Source: Marsupella aquatica (lineage: Eukaryota > Plantae > Marchantiophyta). Taken from it: 64,000 nt of DNA. The stretch lies in NCBI GenBank assembly GCA_973895155.1, contig OZ316894.1, forward strand, positions 7,340,234 to 7,404,233, written 5' to 3'. Shown piece by piece: positions 47,653 to 60,119 of the stretch (position 1 is its first letter; the number at the start of each line of letters is the position of its first letter). The notes under the pieces are model-generated. The model made no database searches, had not been told where the DNA came from, and saw only the letters and a list, made by a program, of their open reading frames with translations. The position numbers were made by a program, and so were the translations under genes.

Positions 47653-50600
47653 ATGGCTGGCCTGGGAGCTGATGAACAGTACCGAGTTGACGCATTGGCA
47701 ATTCCTAAGAGCGTAGTCGCTCGAATTCCACAAGCGCCCGATAGTTATGCAAATTTACAGACTTCATTACAACAGCTAGGTCTGGGGCATCTACTTGTCG
47801 TTCCTTGGGACGTAGAACTCGACTCATACTTGCAGGATTTTGTGAAGGGGTCGCTGCTTGCTCCTGAATTTTGACAGACCATTCAAGCTCGGCCAAGTCT
47901 ATGGACTGTGGAGCAAATTGCTCGTGCCTTCCGCTGCCCTTCAGAAGGAGAAGGATTGTATTCAAAGAAGAAAGATTTGTCTACTCCCTACTTCTCTGGG
48001 ATTCGCAATCTCACAAATGGCTGGAATCTAACACAGTGTACTTATCCAGATTTGAGAGTGCTTCTGGAATTTCTAGTGCCAATTTTACACCCGAAAAAGC
48101 CAACCATTTGCCCAGTGGCTTTGGTGAACACAATTGTAGCTGCACACAGTGGAGCCATCCAGGTGAATTGGGCCTTGTTAATTTTCAATGTGATGAAGGA
48201 TCAGGTGAGGAGCATGAAGGCAGGTAGACCTACCTATCTGCAGGTATATCTGTCTCAACTCTATCAGGCTTATGATTGTTTACATCCAGAGGAGAGAACA
48301 GAAAGAGGATTACTCCTGATTGAACTAGGCATTGAAGAAGAAATTGGTGTGGAAGAACCAGTGGATGCTATTCCCCTGGATTCTAATGATCAGAATATGG
48401 ATGTTGATATGGATTTGGAAGATGCCTCTATGGGTGAACTTGAAGTTTCACCAGTTACAATATGGAGTTGGTTCGACATCCTCTGGTTAACTTGGTGTAT
48501 TCAAGAGAAGTCAACGTAGAAAATCAACCTGGAGCTGAAAAAGCTGAGGACGTTCTTGAGCAACACGAAGCTGTTGTTGACCCGACCACTGCTGTCATCC
48601 TGAGGGTTGATCCGACTACTTCTTCAAAGGCAGAGTTCAACCAGCAACTTATTGATAAGTTAATTGCTCTTTTCGGTTGTGATGATGTGGAACTCTATGA
48701 TGTTGTCTGTAATTTAAGATCAGAGGTAGACAGCTTATCACCTTGGGCCCTCACTCTTACTATATAAAGTGAACCCCCCTGAGAACAAACACCCCCCATG
48801 TACCCCTTCTTAATATTTTTGTTCACAAAAAAAATCCCCTTGTTAATGTAAAAATATTAACTTTTCCTATTAAATTTTATCCTTTTGTAAATTATAATAT
48901 AGTTTTTCAAGGAATTGAAAACATCCTTGAATTTTTAAAATTGCAAATATCATACTGAAATAGATAAGACTTTATTTTGCATAGGGGACTTGTATGTTAC
49001 GCCCTTTGTTTAGGGTACATATTTTATATAGTTAAACAAAATTAGTATTAGAGAATTATAGTTCTTCCTGTAGTATACAGACAAGCATGGCTGCACTATC
49101 CTCTCAGTGTTCCTAAAGCCCACGAAACCAAACTTGCCTTATGACGACAAATAATTAAATGTCTGATTTACTATATGAACATGTGTGCAAGTGAAGTGAT
49201 GACATGTGTGCCAACCATATAGTGACGCGTGTACTTGGCATTTTGGGTACCCTTGCATAAGATTAATGTGACATGTATTTGATAAGAGCCTTATTACTAA
49301 TATTGTGCTGAATATATATACAAGGATGTTGCCTACTTTAAAAACTATTATAAAAATTAGTTTGCATTACATTAAAAATACCCTTGCGATGTTCGCACGT
49401 CCTCCCTATATTAGTAACGCTTAGGGCCCAGGGGCTTATCATCCCCATTTCCAGATCAATTAACTCCTGTCAGGACCACCTCTCCTATTGTGGGATCAGC
49501 CTTAGAAGAATTCGTTGCTCTCAATCTTGTTGCACCACCAAACCTGCCTGTAGAGCCAAGTGAACCTGTTCCTGTGACAGAGGATGTAAATTATGCTGCC
49601 ATTGTAAACGACTTACTGGACATGCTACAGTGTGAGCCACAGGAGATATATTATGTCCGTTGTTAGCCACTTAACTCAGAAATCTCTAGTTATTAAAATT
49701 CCCTATCATCCAGATCCTTACTCATACAGTCCTGATTCCAACTATGAACCCACTGATGGACCCATCTTCACTCGGGGTTGCTCTGAAGATCCTTATGTTA
49801 GACGGGATCTCTCTGATGACTCTGACCCGCCTTCGGATAATGACACTTATAGATCTTATGACAATTCCCTTGAGTCATCGCCAAGGCAGGGGTTTGAAGA
49901 TGTTGATACAGCTTTGAGGTCAAACCCAAACCTAGTAGCAGTGGTTACGTCCTCTACTCAGACTCCCAGGAATGCTACTATTGAGAAGAAGTATCCCAGG
50001 CTTCCCCAGGCTCAAGTACAGAAGTATGTAGACATTTGTAAGGTTATGCATGCCAACATGCCACCAGTTGGAGAATTCTGGAGATACTATTACTTAAAGA
50101 AAACTGAGGCGAGCTACATTTTTGACCTGAAGTATCATGGGACTTCTCGATTGGAAATGGCCCAGTTTGATGAGCACTGGACTGACTCTGTCTACTTCCG
50201 ACCTATTCTGGCAATGATGTTGCTGCAAGGTGATGTAGAAGTGGAGGATCCTGACCTAGTCCTGGCCTACTTTGGGAATTTTGCAGCTTATGTTCTGGAC
50301 TTCGTGCTTACTTTTCTCATGCAGAGTAAGAAAATCAACTTCTTGGCAGAACAACTACATCCCTAAGGAACCTAAGGTTATGCTGGTTTCAACCAGCACA
50401 TTGGCTGATAAGCAGAGAATCTGGGATAATGTCACCACTCACACTCTGGGCAAGTTCAACCGGTACTTAAAGGATGTTTGCTGGAGACTTCGACCTTTCT
50501 ACTCAAAGATGATGAGAACTGAGGATTTCATGGCCTATTATCCCCAAGTTCATGCTGCTACCTGCAATCACTATGATGTGATTGGAATTTATAGGGAGGC

Positions 50601-50784
50601 ACTCCGAATAGACTCTTGTTATTTGATGAGGAGAATGCCTGTGATGTATCTAGATAAGCAACTGAGATGTTTGCCCTATTCTTGAGGTTCACCACGACAG
50701 GTTGAGCTCATGGAGGTTGTCCAATCAGGCACTGTTGCTTTTGTGGAGCTTCTCGAAATCAACGACATTCGACACCGAGACTAA
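47653..50784 (+). pseudogene. Family-E protein pseudogene (paralog of 164-2593)
   Basis: Collinear similarity to the 809-aa ORF. TGA at Arg positions (47872, 50683), several frameshifts, and a MITE insertion. Confidence 0.88.
48741..49433. mobile_element. 693-bp non-autonomous TIR element (MITE-like) with 8-bp TSD
   Basis: TIR CCTTGGGCCCT / AGGGCCCAGGG (imperfect to ~25 bp); TSD GCTTATCA at 48733-48740 and 49434-49441. Removal restores SLSSPFPDQLTPVR, matching the paralog. AT-rich interior. Confidence 0.88.
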
Positions 50785-53588
50785 GGCAGAAGTCCTAAGT
50801 GTTTTTAGTTAGTTTAGAGTAGTGCATCTTGTCCGATTTTTAGAAATGTGCTCTAGAGCTTTAAAAGTCATGAAACCTTTTTAGGATGTAGTTTGTACTT
50901 AGGAAAGCCTTCTGGAAAAATTTGAGGCTTTTCTGAGCTACGAGTAGGAAGTTAAAAATAGTTGAATTTGCCAAGTTTTTACTTTTGTTGCAATTACGAG
51001 TTACGACTTAGTTAGATTTTTACGAGTTTAAGAGTTTACTAGTTCACAACTTTTACTAGTTTACGAGTTTCCACTTAGCCAGTTTTCTAGCTTTTCACTT
51101 ACTGAATCGCCATTTTAACTTTTTGAGAGTTATGAAGAGGCATGTCTCTTCGACCTTGTGACCTCTCACTCGATAGATTTTTACTATAAGATAGCTCTAC
51201 CACTAGTGTAGTTGATGGTTAAGTTGTTGATTCTAAACCTATGAGTTCTAACTTCATAAATGGTTAAGTTAACCATATGTGTTCTATTGATTCTAAACCT
51301 ATGAGTTCTAAATCAGGCTTAATAACAGGAGAGACTTACCTCCTTCTTGTGTTTCTACACTTATCATAAACACAAGAAGTAAAATTGCATTTGTAAGAAA
51401 TCTTTGGATCTTGTGATGACAGATTCCTCCTTGGTGACTCATTACAAATTCCTAAGTTCTTAAAGTTAACTAATTGAGTTTATGTCTTAATGAATTTGAT
51501 GGATTTTCTTTCATGATACTTAGTACCATCTAAATGTTGAAGTAGCTACCTTTTAGATTTTATCTGAGTACCACTTAGAAAGAAAGGATAAGACATGTTG
51601 ATGACATTTTAAAAGGTACTCTAGTAAGCAGTTTAGATATGAAAAGCAAATATGGATTTGAATCCTTAAGTCTTTTCATTTTGACTTATGTCTAAGGAGC
51701 AACCTTGGTCAATTCCAGACTCCCTTAGCATACTTTAAGATATTTTCCCTTGTGTTTTGTTAATCATTCCCTTTTCATTAATTTATGGTTATACAATGCT
51801 GAGTTACCATTAAAAACTACTCACCGCTCTGGAGCGATCTTCAAAATACCTTAGTAAAGTAATCAAACTTGATTACTATGTGTGGAAAACATTTTAAGTC
51901 TATTATTGTTGTTTAAATCTATCAAACCAACCCCATCTTATTCTTTATGGGAACGAATACCGAGTTGGAAGACCATAAAGTGTGCTTTTTGGTTTTCCCT
52001 GGCAAACTACAGAAGAGATGAAGCGGAAGGGTAGTTTGGCATCTGCCACACTAGCTAAGCGGACCCGGTCTGAAAGGCAGGTCAAGGTCAAAGCCGTGCC
52101 AGTCCGGGATAGGGCAGTAGAGGACAAGTTTATGGCAGGTTGGGCGGACAGGTTACCTGCCAATTTACAACTGTAGTTTGCACGAGAAAAAGATGAGGTC
52201 TTCTGTGCTATCCAGGATAACAAGTATTTTGGATACATGAACAACACCGGCTTAGAGGATTCATCCGGTTGCCGTGGCGGTTAGTTGATATACCAGACGA
52301 AGATCTATTAGACTTTGTGGGATGCTGGGAGGCTTCTTCTAGCACGATGCTGATGTATGGGAGGGTGGTGGAATTAATGCCAGCACTGATCGAAGCCATC
52401 TTTGCTCTTTCACAAGGGAATAAGACTAAGGTGGAGCAGCGAAAGACGTTGCCGGATAGCCAATTTTGATCGTTTCCAGGGCCCTCCACTAAGAATGGGT
52501 TCTTTAGAAATCAATGCACTAATCCACATGTGAGGCAGTTGATTGATTTCTTAAGAGTCACACTACACGGTACATTGCCAAGAGCAGAGATCGGCAAGGC
52601 CCAAGTATTTTTGGTGGAGAATATCGATTCAAGCCGTGACTACAATGGCTATCTTTTAATGCATTTAAAGAAAGCATTGAATGAAGAGAAGCAGAGCATT
52701 GGGGAAGGAGCGGTATCCAGACTAGGGTACCATCTGCAATTACTTTGCCGGTATGCAAGAAGCAAGTCTTTTGCACCAGTGTTGCCTCTACAAGAGCGGA
52801 TGCCGATCCCAGCACCGATCGATGGTAGAGGACGAGGAGCCCCCAAACAAACGACAACAAGAGAAGAGGCCGGAAACATAGCAACAAGAGAATTCCCCTC
52901 TCAAGGAACCAAAGGTAGTAACACTTGATGTGGTGAGAAATCTGTTGCGGCGGCCTACAACACGATTTCGGACCGAACGAGAACTATTTCCTCTAAACGA
53001 GAAGTGTATTTTCATTTTCCGCCAAATCTCGCAAAATCGGCAGTTTTTTTCATCAAAACACGTTTTTGGGGAAATAATGTAATTCATATCGGAGTTCGGA
53101 TTGAAACAGCAAATTTAATAATGATCAAAACCAATGAAATTCATGCTAACAAACATTCATATTATCAAGGAACAATTAGATCCAAAAAACTTTCTCCTCA
53201 ACCTCATATTCACGCTCTCCGAAGATATATGAAAGGTCTTATCTATAAATCCATATCCACATTTCGAGCCAAGTGCGATAACTGTATTGGACTCCGGATT
53301 TGAGTCACGAAAGCTCCGACCCAATCTCAGTTTTCTCAGTTTTTGGGTATTTACCAGAAATATTTTACATCACAGTCGATAAGAATTACTGCACGGTTCG
53401 TCAAACTTACCTTGCAGTTACCTCCGCAATTGACCAATTACCTCCGCAAGTGACCATAGTCAACATGCCATTCTTTCAACAGCAATGCGCAGTCCGATAA
53501 AATTATCGCAAAAACTACGGGCGACAAAAATACTAGTCGACAATACTAAGATCCTTCGGTTCATCGGTTAAATTTCAAAATTCCTATC

Positions 53589-53792
53589 CATATGAAGAAA
53601 ACTCTTCGCAATACCAACATCAGATAAATTTATCGCTTCAATTTCAAAATTGCAACTTCCATATGAAGGAACCACTTTTGCAATACCAACATCAGATAAA
53701 TTTATCGCTTCAATTTCAAATTGCAACTTCCATATGAAGGAACCACTTTTGCAATACCAACATCAGATAAATTTATCGCTTCAATTTCAAAA
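53589..53792. repeat. 71-bp tandem repeat x3 containing the palindrome GATAAATTTATC
   Basis: CATATGAAG units start at 53589, 53660 and 53731. Confidence 0.9.
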
Positions 53793-54077
53793 CTATACAA
53801 TTTTGCCACGATGCACGTGTGAGAATGAAATTAGAAATCCAAGAAATATACCATTTTCTGCTATTTTGTCGTTTAGGGTGACAGCCAATCAAAAGTGGAC
53901 ACGTGGGCCAACCCCTCAACATACACTATAAAAGGGCCACCGCCGATAAGTTTTTGGCGTCATTATCAAGAGTAGAGTTTTGGGAGTTGTGTTCTTGGAG
54001 CAACATTCTGTCCGTTGAGACTTTCGTTTTCCCTGATTGTGGGAGGAATGCAAAGCCCCATAGTGTCTCGGATAGCC

Positions 54078-56362
54078 ATGTCTCAATCAGACACAGATTC
54101 ACCTTCCAGTTTAGTTGAATCCTCTCCTAATCTTGTCGCTCGCTGTTTGCCAAGTCGCATACTTAAAGCTCTACCTCTCTCACAGCAAATAGTGCCCGAA
54201 ATCTCTGACTCAAATTCTGATGCAAGTTCTAGTCCTGAGCCCAGTGCTTACTATGTGTCACCTAGTAAACCTGAGAAGCGTCGTCTCTTGAGCGTTCCAT
54301 CGCCAAGAAATGAGAAACTTTCAATCCCAAGTTTAGGTCCGAGACGTCGCTTCAGGCCATCCATCCCGGGTTATGGAGAGGGTATCCGGCGACCGATACA
54401 CGTATCGCAGTCGGCATTCAAGTCGCCACATTCAACACAAGTTCAACGACGGATCTTTCAGTCTCCGGGTGAGAATCGGGACACAGAAATACAAAGACCG
54501 ATACAGCGATCGGTCTTTGCATTGCCTGGACTGGATGTGCGAGCAAGCGAGGGAATCGGACTACGAAGTCCAGACTCGGCCCTTTCTCGAATGGTCCGTG
54601 GGAATCATGGTGAACAAGTGCTCAATTTTCCAGCAGCTCGGGGAGTCGTTGGGACTGCACGTGCGAATCCAGAATCTCCAAGTTCTCAAGGGCGGACGGT
54701 CATTGGTTCCAGGCTCCAAGTATTGAGGAGAGGTCTTAGTGGCGTTTGGGTTATGTATAGAGAGCCATGGAGTCCAATTGTGTTTTCAGATGAGTCGAGT
54801 GCATCGGAAGACGAAGATGAGGAAGGAGATAGAGAATCCGATATAATAGCACAAGTTGTGTCTGAATGTTTAGAAGGAGCTGTTGAAGAGAATAGTTATA
54901 GTCGTCTATTCAGTGCCCCTCTAAATGCGTCAAGGAGATCTATAGAGGATGGTAGCTCAACAGAGAGTGATGCATCTATTCGTGAGGCACCTGAAGGACC
55001 CAAAAATGCCAATGTTATGAACGGATTTCAGGTTGTAGAGAAGTCAAATGAGCCTAGTAAAAAAGATAGGGACCGAATTACTAGGAAAGACAATGTGATA
55101 AATGACAAATTGAATAGAAACAAAATGAGAGAAATTCATAAGTATTTGTGTTGTGATAATTACTGTCTGAGGAATTTGGGTCTGCTAGCCGTGACAAAAC
55201 AACGCACTTATTACTATGGGCTATCCTACCCAGAAAAGAACGTCCTTCTAAGAGGATGTGTGAAGGGTGGGCATGCTGGTGCAAGTGGTTACTCAGTTAG
55301 CGGTAGATCCTTTTGTCGGAGTGGTTTTAAGAAATTATTTTCACTAGGAAATAATCGTCTCCAAAAAATCTCGCAGAACATGTTTTCTCGGATACAGATC
55401 GGTATAGTTTATCGAGAAAAATCACCCGCACATCTTGGTCTCGTCCAATGGCTGGATGATTTTTTTCCACAAATGTCAAGAGTCTCCCCAACAAGGATAT
55501 CTTTCATTTACCTGACAATTGGACAAAAACAGAAGTTTTTGATGCCTTCCAGTCCGAAACTCTAATGCGCCAAGAACAAGGCATGACATATTCGTGGTTT
55601 GTTCGCATTTGGAACAAGGAGTTTCCTCGCGTGTGCATCCCCAAAAGGAGCCGTTTCTCCACCTACGCCCCGTGTACTGAATTCAAAGCACTCCGTGACA
55701 AGGCAACACTCGAAGCAGAAAAGAGTAAGTTTCTAAACCTGTGTGTTACTCCCGATAATTTTATCGGGTTGAGTATTCATGTGCTTCTTCTTTGGCCATG
55801 TGAGTGAATATATCGTTTGAACAGTTTGAATACTGAACCTGATAAATTTATCGTTGTCACAGTTTTTCATTACGGTCTTGTGTTTGAATACTGAACCCGA
55901 TAAATTTATCGTTGTCAGGGTTTATCATTACGGTCTCGTGTTTGAATACTGAACCCGATAAATTTATCGCTGTCAGGGTTCAACATTGCGGTTATCATGT
56001 TTTGTCCTAAATATTTTTATTATTGTAGGAAAATTCTCAACATTGCTAAATGAGCATCGGAAGGCACAAGCAGTCGAGAGGGAGAGGTTAGCAAAGCACC
56101 GGAGCAAATGTTACAAGAGTCCGGAGAAATATTTGTGCATCTCTATTGATGGAATGGATCAAAAGAAGACAGAGTTACCTCATTTCATTCGGTGTCCGAA
56201 GAATATGGATGAAAAGTATTTCATCCCCGTACACGTAGTGGGTTGTTTGATCTTCAACAAACAATTAAGTTCAAATGTTTTTTTGAACTATCCAAATATT
56301 CACAATGATAGCAACCTGACCATCCACGTTATCCAGCATATTCTGAATACCTGGGAAGGTCT
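54078..56362 (+). pseudogene. Sola1-like (DUF7869-type) transposase, copy 2; intron 55725-56028; frameshift near 55465; cut by element C copy 2
   Basis: CCDNYC, PKRSRFST, IDGMDQKKTELPHFIRCPKNMDEKYFIP nearly identical to copy 1. Ends at NTWEG where TGTGATGCC begins. Confidence 0.82.
55825..55980. repeat. 58-bp intronic tandem repeat (~2.7 units) containing GATAAATTTATC
   Basis: TTTGAATACTGAACC units start at 55825, 55883 and 55941. Confidence 0.9.
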
Positions 56363-59300
56363 TGTGATGCCTAGCCAGGAATCACTCGGCCAGTTAAGTG
56401 GGTAAAGCAGAAGTGCACCCTAGAAACACCTTAGTATAGGGACAAAACAAGGAAAATATAAACAATTAGGGGCGACTATGAAACCCGGGCCGAGGCCGGA
56501 GGTAAGGACGCTGGGGGTGAAAACTCGATTAGGGTTAGGGCGCGCTAAGCATCGGCGGCTAGGAAGGATCAACGGGAGGAAGGACCGGAAGAGGAGAGGG
56601 GTAAGGAGCGCTTGCAGGAGATGGTGGCTCATTTGCGAGCACGAACTAGGCAGACGACTACGGGAGGCCAACTACTGTCAGCTGCTTAGGCAAGCACTCG
56701 AGGAGAGAGTAGATACCGACGATCGACCTAAGGAGGGTATGAGCAACGTCAATCAAGCGGCACATTTCTGGGGATGCCTATTCGAACGGGCAACTGAGTA
56801 CATCAAGACTTACGAGGACGAAGAATCAAAAAGGGCAGCTCGAGAACGACAGGAGCTTGCTCGATTGTGGGAGCTGCAGAAGACGGCTTTCTTAGGAGGC
56901 GAACTCATCAAGGCCGAGTTCTTGTGGACTCCTACTTCCAATCAGCTCGACGATCTTCTGTTTTGCGAAGACAGAATCATCGGCATTCGAGAGGTCATCA
57001 AGAACTGCAATGACATACACTGGGAATTGAAGGGTAGCACGGAAAGGTGGACCCAGGCAACGGTGCTAGGAGAAACCTCCACGACAGCAGAGATGAAGAG
57101 GAAGGGAGCCGTCAACGATGAAGCCACCCCGGCAAAAAGAACAAGGTCGGCGGCACCAAAGAAGCCAGCCGAGCAGGAGGCAGGGAGAAGCCGAAGAGGA
57201 GGTGCAACTACATTTTGCACGGGAGGAGGATGCATGCTTTACGGCCATGCAGACCAAGAAGTACCAAGGCTTCATGGCCGGATCCGGCTTAGAGGCCTTT
57301 GTAAGATTACCATGGCTGAAGCCGGAGGTGCCGGATTCAGACCTATTAGAATTTGTGGGGTCATGGGAACCCGAGACCAATTGCACGAGGATATATGGGA
57401 AGGATTTCTATCTTACTCCCAAGGTGATTGCCGAAGTGTTTGGCTTGCCGATAGGCCATAAGACCAAGGTTGATACCAGGAAGACCTTGCCTGACAAAGA
57501 GTTCCGGTCGTTCCCCGGGCCATCAACAAAGAATGGCTTCTTCCGGAACACCTGCACCAACCCGCACATAGGAGAGATGATCGACTTCTTGCGGGTGACC
57601 ATGCATTGTAACTTGCCGAGGGCAGATATCGGCAAGGCACAGGTCTATCTGGCAGAGAGGCCAGACCCAAGCCGGGACTACAACGGGTACCTCCTCAACC
57701 AATTGAAGAAAATCTTAAAGGAGGAGCAGCAGGTAATCGGCATGGGGAGCGTGTCGCGGCTTGGCTATCACATGCCGCTGTTGTGCCGGTATGCCAGAGG
57801 TCAGACCTTTGCCCCAGTACTTCCCCTGCAGGTAAGGGTACCCGAGGAAGCTCCAGCACCGAGGCCGGTAGCAGAGAAGCCTCAACCACCTGTTAGCCCT
57901 ACGATTGAGCAGGTGTTTAGGCCAAGGAAGGAAGACTTGCCAATGCAGCAACCAAGCATGCAGAATCTGCTGAAAATGCTGGAGAAGGAAAAGACAGCAC
58001 CGGCACCGGCTTCGGCAGCGGCACCAATACAGGACACTGCCCCAGAGGTCAACCTAAGCAGACTTAGAAGGGAAAACTCCTTTACCGAAAATAAGGAGAG
58101 AATCAGGCCAGAATCCAAGCCGGGTGTTCGAATGTACGTGGGAGTCTCAAGCTCTGAATCTGAGGCAGAATTGCCTGAAGCTCCTACCGACAAAGAAGAG
58201 AGGGAGAAGCCGGAAGTCCAAGAAGTAGAGGAGGCAGTGGAGGACAGCAGCCATGATAACTCCGGCTATGGGTCGGACCATCACGTCCCAGGAGTAAGGA
58301 CCTGTGGCCGGTTTATCCCCACACTTCCAAGGGTAGTACGAGGGGACCCCAACCAGCAGAGTAGCCCTGAGTCTCCCCCACCAGATGTTGCTCCCCCGAG
58401 CTTTGACGGCATAAAACAGATGGCGCAAGAATTTCAGGAGCGGATCAGGCAGGAAGAGGAGGCAGCCCTGGCTAGGGAAAAGGATTTTCCAGGAGGAGAT
58501 TGGTCGGAGGACATCAGGCGGCTAGCCAAAAAAGGAAGCAAACCTCTAGCCACGATTGAAGAGATCCGCAAGATGGCTTGGGAGCAGAGGCCGCGATGGG
58601 CGATGCCGATCACTTCTACTTATTCCACCTACGCTAAGAATAGAGCCATGGAGTATGGTGAGATGTGTGGGGAACTTGCGCTCGGCATCTTTGGGGAGGA
58701 GTTGGAGGTAGGACCCTTTTTCCATAGGGAGCAGTTGGAGAAGAACCAATTAGAAGAAGCGGTGGCTTTAGAGAGAAGCAAGAAGGACGAGGTCATCCGG
58801 CGGCTTAGGAGGATGGAAGCCGAGATTGAAGATCTAAGGGCGGCCAAGAAAGCCCAAGATGAACTGCGGATTAAGCGGCATGAGCTGAACATCATGCAGG
58901 GGCAGTTGGACACCACGCAGGCTGATAATCAGATTATCAAGGATAAACTGACTCAGACCCCGGGAGAATTGGCCGACGCAATCAAGGACAGGGAGAAATG
59001 GACGAAGGAGCTGAGAGACGCAGAGGAGACCCATATAGCAGTCAACAACCGGGTCACGGCGGAGACTCAGAGAAGGGAGAGGGCGCTGAAGGGAGAGCTC
59101 GAGGTCATCCGCAGAGCCCTTGAGCAGAAGGAGGCCGAGTTAGGGAAATCCTATCAAGGGATTATTGCGCTACAGTAGGAGCTTGCGTCCCTGACGGCCA
59201 GCTTCAAGGCCGACCTGCAGGAGAAGGACGCCTAGCTCGACCAGACTTATGCCAAGATGAATAACATGGAGTCTGAGGTCATAGCGGAGCTCGACAAGGA

Positions 59301-59508
59301 GCTAAGAGCAACCCAGGAGGAGAGGGCTACCACCAAGAAGGAATTGGAGGAAGCCCACAGGGAATTGGAGGAAGCCAAAAACGAGCTGGAGGAGGCACGT
59401 AAGGACCTGGATGAGACCCAGGAGGAGTTGGAGGAAATCATGAGGAAGATGGAGAACCTACAGCGGCGGGCCGACAACCAAACAGAGCGGCTGAAGAAAC
59501 CATATTAA
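56363..59508 (+). mobile_element. Family C, copy 2: LTR-like element with a long ORF; right end not in view
   Basis: Starts TGTGATGCCTAGCCAGGA and interrupts the transposase; left flank GGTCT is the predicted TSD. Confidence 0.78.
56478..59508 (+). pseudogene. Family-C protein (~900-1000 aa): N-terminal domain, plant-transposon-ORF-like domain, linker, long coiled coil; one frameshift (~57150-57200) and TAGs at 59176 and 59233
   Basis: The 327-aa and 686-aa ORFs form a single frame in copy C1. LEAFVRLPWL..EFV..VFGLPIG..KNGF..C..IDFL block. Heptad E/K/L-rich C-terminus. Confidence 0.72.
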
Positions 59509-59839
59509 GCATGCAATCACAACCATATTTTAGTTATCTTAGGAAATACAAAGTCATGAACTAACCCCAAAATTGTAGTTGCGAAGAAGGAACTTGCAAG
59601 AGGCCGGGTAACATATACACAATATGCCATCCCGTTCACGGTGTTACTAAAAAAGCCGGATATATTCAAAACGACCACAAAAAAGTGACTACAACCCTCC
59701 CTTCTATTACCCCACCCAATTACTTAATTCCATGCTCCACATACAAACCCAAACACCCAAACTAAACCCAAAGTAAATAGATTTGACCTATTTTGGTCCT
59801 ATGGGACCAAAACATGGAATCCGTTATAGCTGATCGAGG

Positions 59840-60050
59840 GGTCCGATACTAAAACAAATGGAAGCAGCATCGTAAAAGCAGGAGAAAGAAAAGCAAGGAG
59901 GGGTCCGAAGCAAAACGCATCGGAAGGTCCGATTGTAGGTCCGATTCTTTTGGCTTCGGACATTGCGTTTCATAAAGTATCGGAAACAACAGACCTGTTT
60001 TCAAAAAATAAGTCCCGATGCGGATGCAAAGATCCGGGCATCGGGCCAAG
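59840..60050. repeat. TCCGAW-N9-WTCGGA palindromes and GGTCCGAT half sites
   Basis: TCCGAA-gcaaaacgc-ATCGGA (~59904) and TCCGAT-tcttttggc-TTCGGA (~59940); same motif as 9690-10200. Confidence 0.7.
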
Positions 60051-60119
60051 TTTCGCATTCCGTGGTTTGCGAGGCCGGGAGGCTCAGGTAGACGTCGGTG
60101 GGCAAGCTAGGAGAGAGAC

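Larger units (their letters stand above)
47228..52011 (+). mobile_element. Family E, copy 2 (complete): 4784-bp solo-LTR-like element with a long ORF
   Basis: TGTAAGT...AACTACA termini with perfect TSD GAAGA (47223-47227, 52012-52016). No terminal direct repeats, no gag/pol. Confidence 0.88.
46521..52880 (+). mobile_element. Family C, copy 1: LTR-like element with decayed long ORF (about 46715-47227 + 52017-52880), interrupted by E copy 2, 3'-truncated
   Basis: Starts TGTGATGCCTTGCCAGGA like 56363. Rejoined frame GESSGTEE|MKRKG matches GETSTTAEMKRKG of copy 2. Confidence 0.8.
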
